64,000 nt of DNA, from positions 24,519,593-24,583,592 of the forward strand of contig NC_057745.1 of assembly GCF_004010195.1 (NCBI RefSeq), given 5' to 3'. Shown here one piece after another: positions 61,373 through 64,000 of the stretch. The number at the start of each line of letters is the position of its first letter. Positions within the stretch are counted from its first letter, which is position 1. Position numbers and translations under genes: made by a program. The notes beneath the pieces were generated by a model. That model did no database searches and had not been told where the DNA came from. It saw only the letters and a list, made by a program, of their open reading frames with translations. This DNA comes from Chiloscyllium plagiosum. Lineage: Eukaryota.

Positions 61373-62960
61373 CTTGGAAGGTGATCATCACCTCTCCGTT
61401 CGTTAAAACATTTGAAAGGATGGCTGTGATTGGCCTTCTTGAACTACTTGAAAGTCCATGTGGTGTAAATACTGCAACTGTGGTCATGGAATCATAGAGA
61501 TGTACAACACGGAAACGGACCCTTCGGTCCAACTCGTCCATGCCAACCACATATCCTAACCTAATCCCGTCCCATTTACCAGCACTTGGTCCATATCTCA
61601 CTAAACTCTTCCTATTCATACACCCATTCAGATGCCTTTTAAATGTTGTAACTGTACCAGCCTCAACCACTTCCTTTGGCAGTTCATTCCCTACATGCAC
61701 CACACTTTGTGTGAAAAGGTTGCTCCTTAAGTCCCCTCTAAATTTTTCCCCTCTCATCTTAAACCTATGCCCTCTAGTCTGGAATCCCCCAACCCAAGGA
61801 AAAGACCTTGTCTATTTACATTACCCATGCCCCTCAAGATTTTATACACCTCTATAAGATCACGTCTCAGCCTCTGACACTCCAGGGAGATTTGTTGGAG
61901 GGAGTTCCAGGACTTTGAACCAGAGATAGCAAAGGGGTGATGGTGTGTGATTTGGGGAGGAGAATTTGCAGCCAGTAGTGTCCCATGTTTCTACATCCCT
62001 TGTTGTTTTATTGGTGAAGATCATGAGTTTGGAATGTGCTGTCAGAGGAGCCTTGGCAAATTATTGCCATGCATTTTGCAGATGATATTCATTGCAGCCA
62101 CATACACCTTTGGTGGATGGAGGAAATGCTTCAGGTGGTGGAGGCTTCTCCCTTGCAGATGACAAAAAATCTTTGGGGAGACCAGAGATGAGTAATATTA
62201 CTGCAAAGTTACTGACCTCATTAATCCCAGTATTTACATGCCTTGTCAAGTAAAGTTTTAAGTCAACAGCAACTGCCAAAACGTTGATGATGGACTATTA
62301 AGTGATGGTTACTCCATTGAATATCAAGGGTAGAAGGTTAACCTCTCTCTTGTTGGAGAAGCACATTGCCTTGTGCAGATGTTATTTGCCACTGATCACT
62401 TCAGGCCTGAATATATGTTCCTTACACACAGTCATGGACTATTTCATAAATTGAGATTTGTGAAAATAACTGAATAATGGGTAATTATTAGTGAGCATTC
62501 CCAGTTATGGCCTTGTTTTGGAGGAAGGGACATTTATGAAACAGCTGAAGATGTTTAGTTCTATATGACATGAACTAAGGAGTGCCTGAAGTTATGTCCA
62601 GGGACTGATACAATTGCTCTCCAACAATTACAGTCATTTTCCTTTGCGGCTCAATATGACTCCAATCACTTGATAGCTTTCCTCTGATTCCTTACTGATT
62701 TTCAATTGCTGGGGCTCCTTGATACCAGACTTGGTCAAATGCTACCCTGATGATCAGGATTGTCACTGTCACCACTACAGTTCAGCTCTCCTGCATGTAT
62801 TTACACCAGGGCTGTAATGAGTAAGTGACACTTGACAGTGCTGTCAATAATACCTTCAATCACGCTGCTAATGATTGATAGTAGACTGGTGGGTTAGTGA
62901 TTAGTTGGATCAGACTAATCCTACTTTTTGTGGACAGCACATACCTAGGAAAATTTCCAC
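61365..62960 (-). mobile_element. Old LINE with a nested CR1 3' fragment (61488-61888)
   Basis: The CR1 piece reads RGEKFRGDLRSNLFTQSVV; the host resembles ~4450-4760. Confidence 0.65.
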
Positions 62961-63594
62961 TTTTTCTCAAAGATACTAGTGTTGTGGCTATGCTATAACT
63001 ACTACTTCCACCAATTTTTGTTGTATCAATCCTTGAAGAAATTTACTAATAAGGTATGTGTTTTGACTATATTTATTTTTAGACCAAATGACTATTAAAC
63101 ACTCCTTGCAACCTAAATAATAGATAATCGATGTTGGTTCAGGTCCTGCATAACTGCTGAGTTAAATGAAAAATGTACAGATGTAAAATTGGATTAATAT
63201 GTTTTGCTTAATAAATTTCCATGTTTACCATGACTCATATTAAAAACACTTCATTGAGCATGTTTATGGTCGTTTTTGTTGTTTATGTTTATGTTTTGTT
63301 GTGTTGTTTCATTTAAGTTTGCATCTACTTTTTAAAAACTTAATGCGCCCATTCTGATGATCAGCAATGTCTCCCTTATCAACATGGCCACCTTGTCGCA
63401 TCCATAGAATAGAAATAACTCACAGGTGTCCGTATCCCTATAAAAAACCCATTATTTCACCAAAATGAGATAAATTGAAATAAAGATTCCCTCTAATGTT
63501 AAGTTTTATCAAGTGGTACATGTACAGAATCCCCCAAAAATTATACATTGAGGATAAATTTCCTCAGTAATCCAGGATGTTACCATATACTACT

Positions 63595-64000
63595 CCATGG
63601 ATGAAGGAGCAGCGCTCCAAAAGTTAGTGCTTCTAATTAAACTTGTTAGCCCATAACCTGGTGTTGTGTGATTTTTAACTTTGTACTTCCCAGTCCAACA
63701 CCGGCACCTCCAAATCATGACTACCATCGACGCCACTAACTGCCGGCTTAAAGTGGAGAGGATCTCCAAGAAGATCGCACATATAGACACAGACATCAAG
63801 TTTCTACAGAAATGCAGGCAAGCCGGAAAGATCCCAAAAGGATTACAGATCACGAACCCGCTCAAATCGACCTATAACAGACTACGCAGAGAAACTTTGC
63901 CACCGCATCTCACGCAAACTCCTCAATCATTTTGTGCACCAACTCTACAGCAGGTGCCACAACCTTGATATTCAGATGGAGTCCACACTCTCAGCCTGCG
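63595..64000 (+). mobile_element. Penelope-like element 5' end (pLTR + ORF start at 63717), running off the window
   Basis: Family A pLTR followed by MTTIDATNCRLKVERISKKIAHIDTDIKFLQKCRQAGKIPKGL, a PLE-type N-terminal FL..C....IPKGL pattern; frame is lost near 63880. Confidence 0.8.

Overview
Vertebrate genomic DNA, by inference from a cartilaginous fish (shark-type HE1/V-SINEs, SacSINE1-like DeuSINEs, CR1 LINEs, Penelope-like elements), with three assembly gaps. No intact protein-coding gene was found. (1) A large, decayed multi-exon gene lies on the minus strand across almost the whole window (at least 344-52972, probably up to ~61.4 kb). About 20 exon-like blocks with AG...GT/GC boundaries and largely matching intron phases can be chained into a protein-like reading frame I cannot assign to a known family. 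The frame is broken by scattered stop codons, and three exons contain TE insertions whose removal restores the frame. (2) At least four families of Penelope-derived short repeats carry minimal hammerhead-ribozyme motifs (CUGANGA-stem II-GAA-palindromic ACGU/AGCU). Many have clean target-site duplications and several are fold-back palindromes. (3) A ~480 bp inverted duplication contains a nested perfect 29-bp hairpin. The rest is nested TE debris: a near-full-length CR1, other CR1s, Rex/Babar, L2, Gmr1-like Gypsy and Harbinger relics, a Tigger-like MITE and SINEs. All calls were made by eye without database searches; family names come from recalled consensus features.
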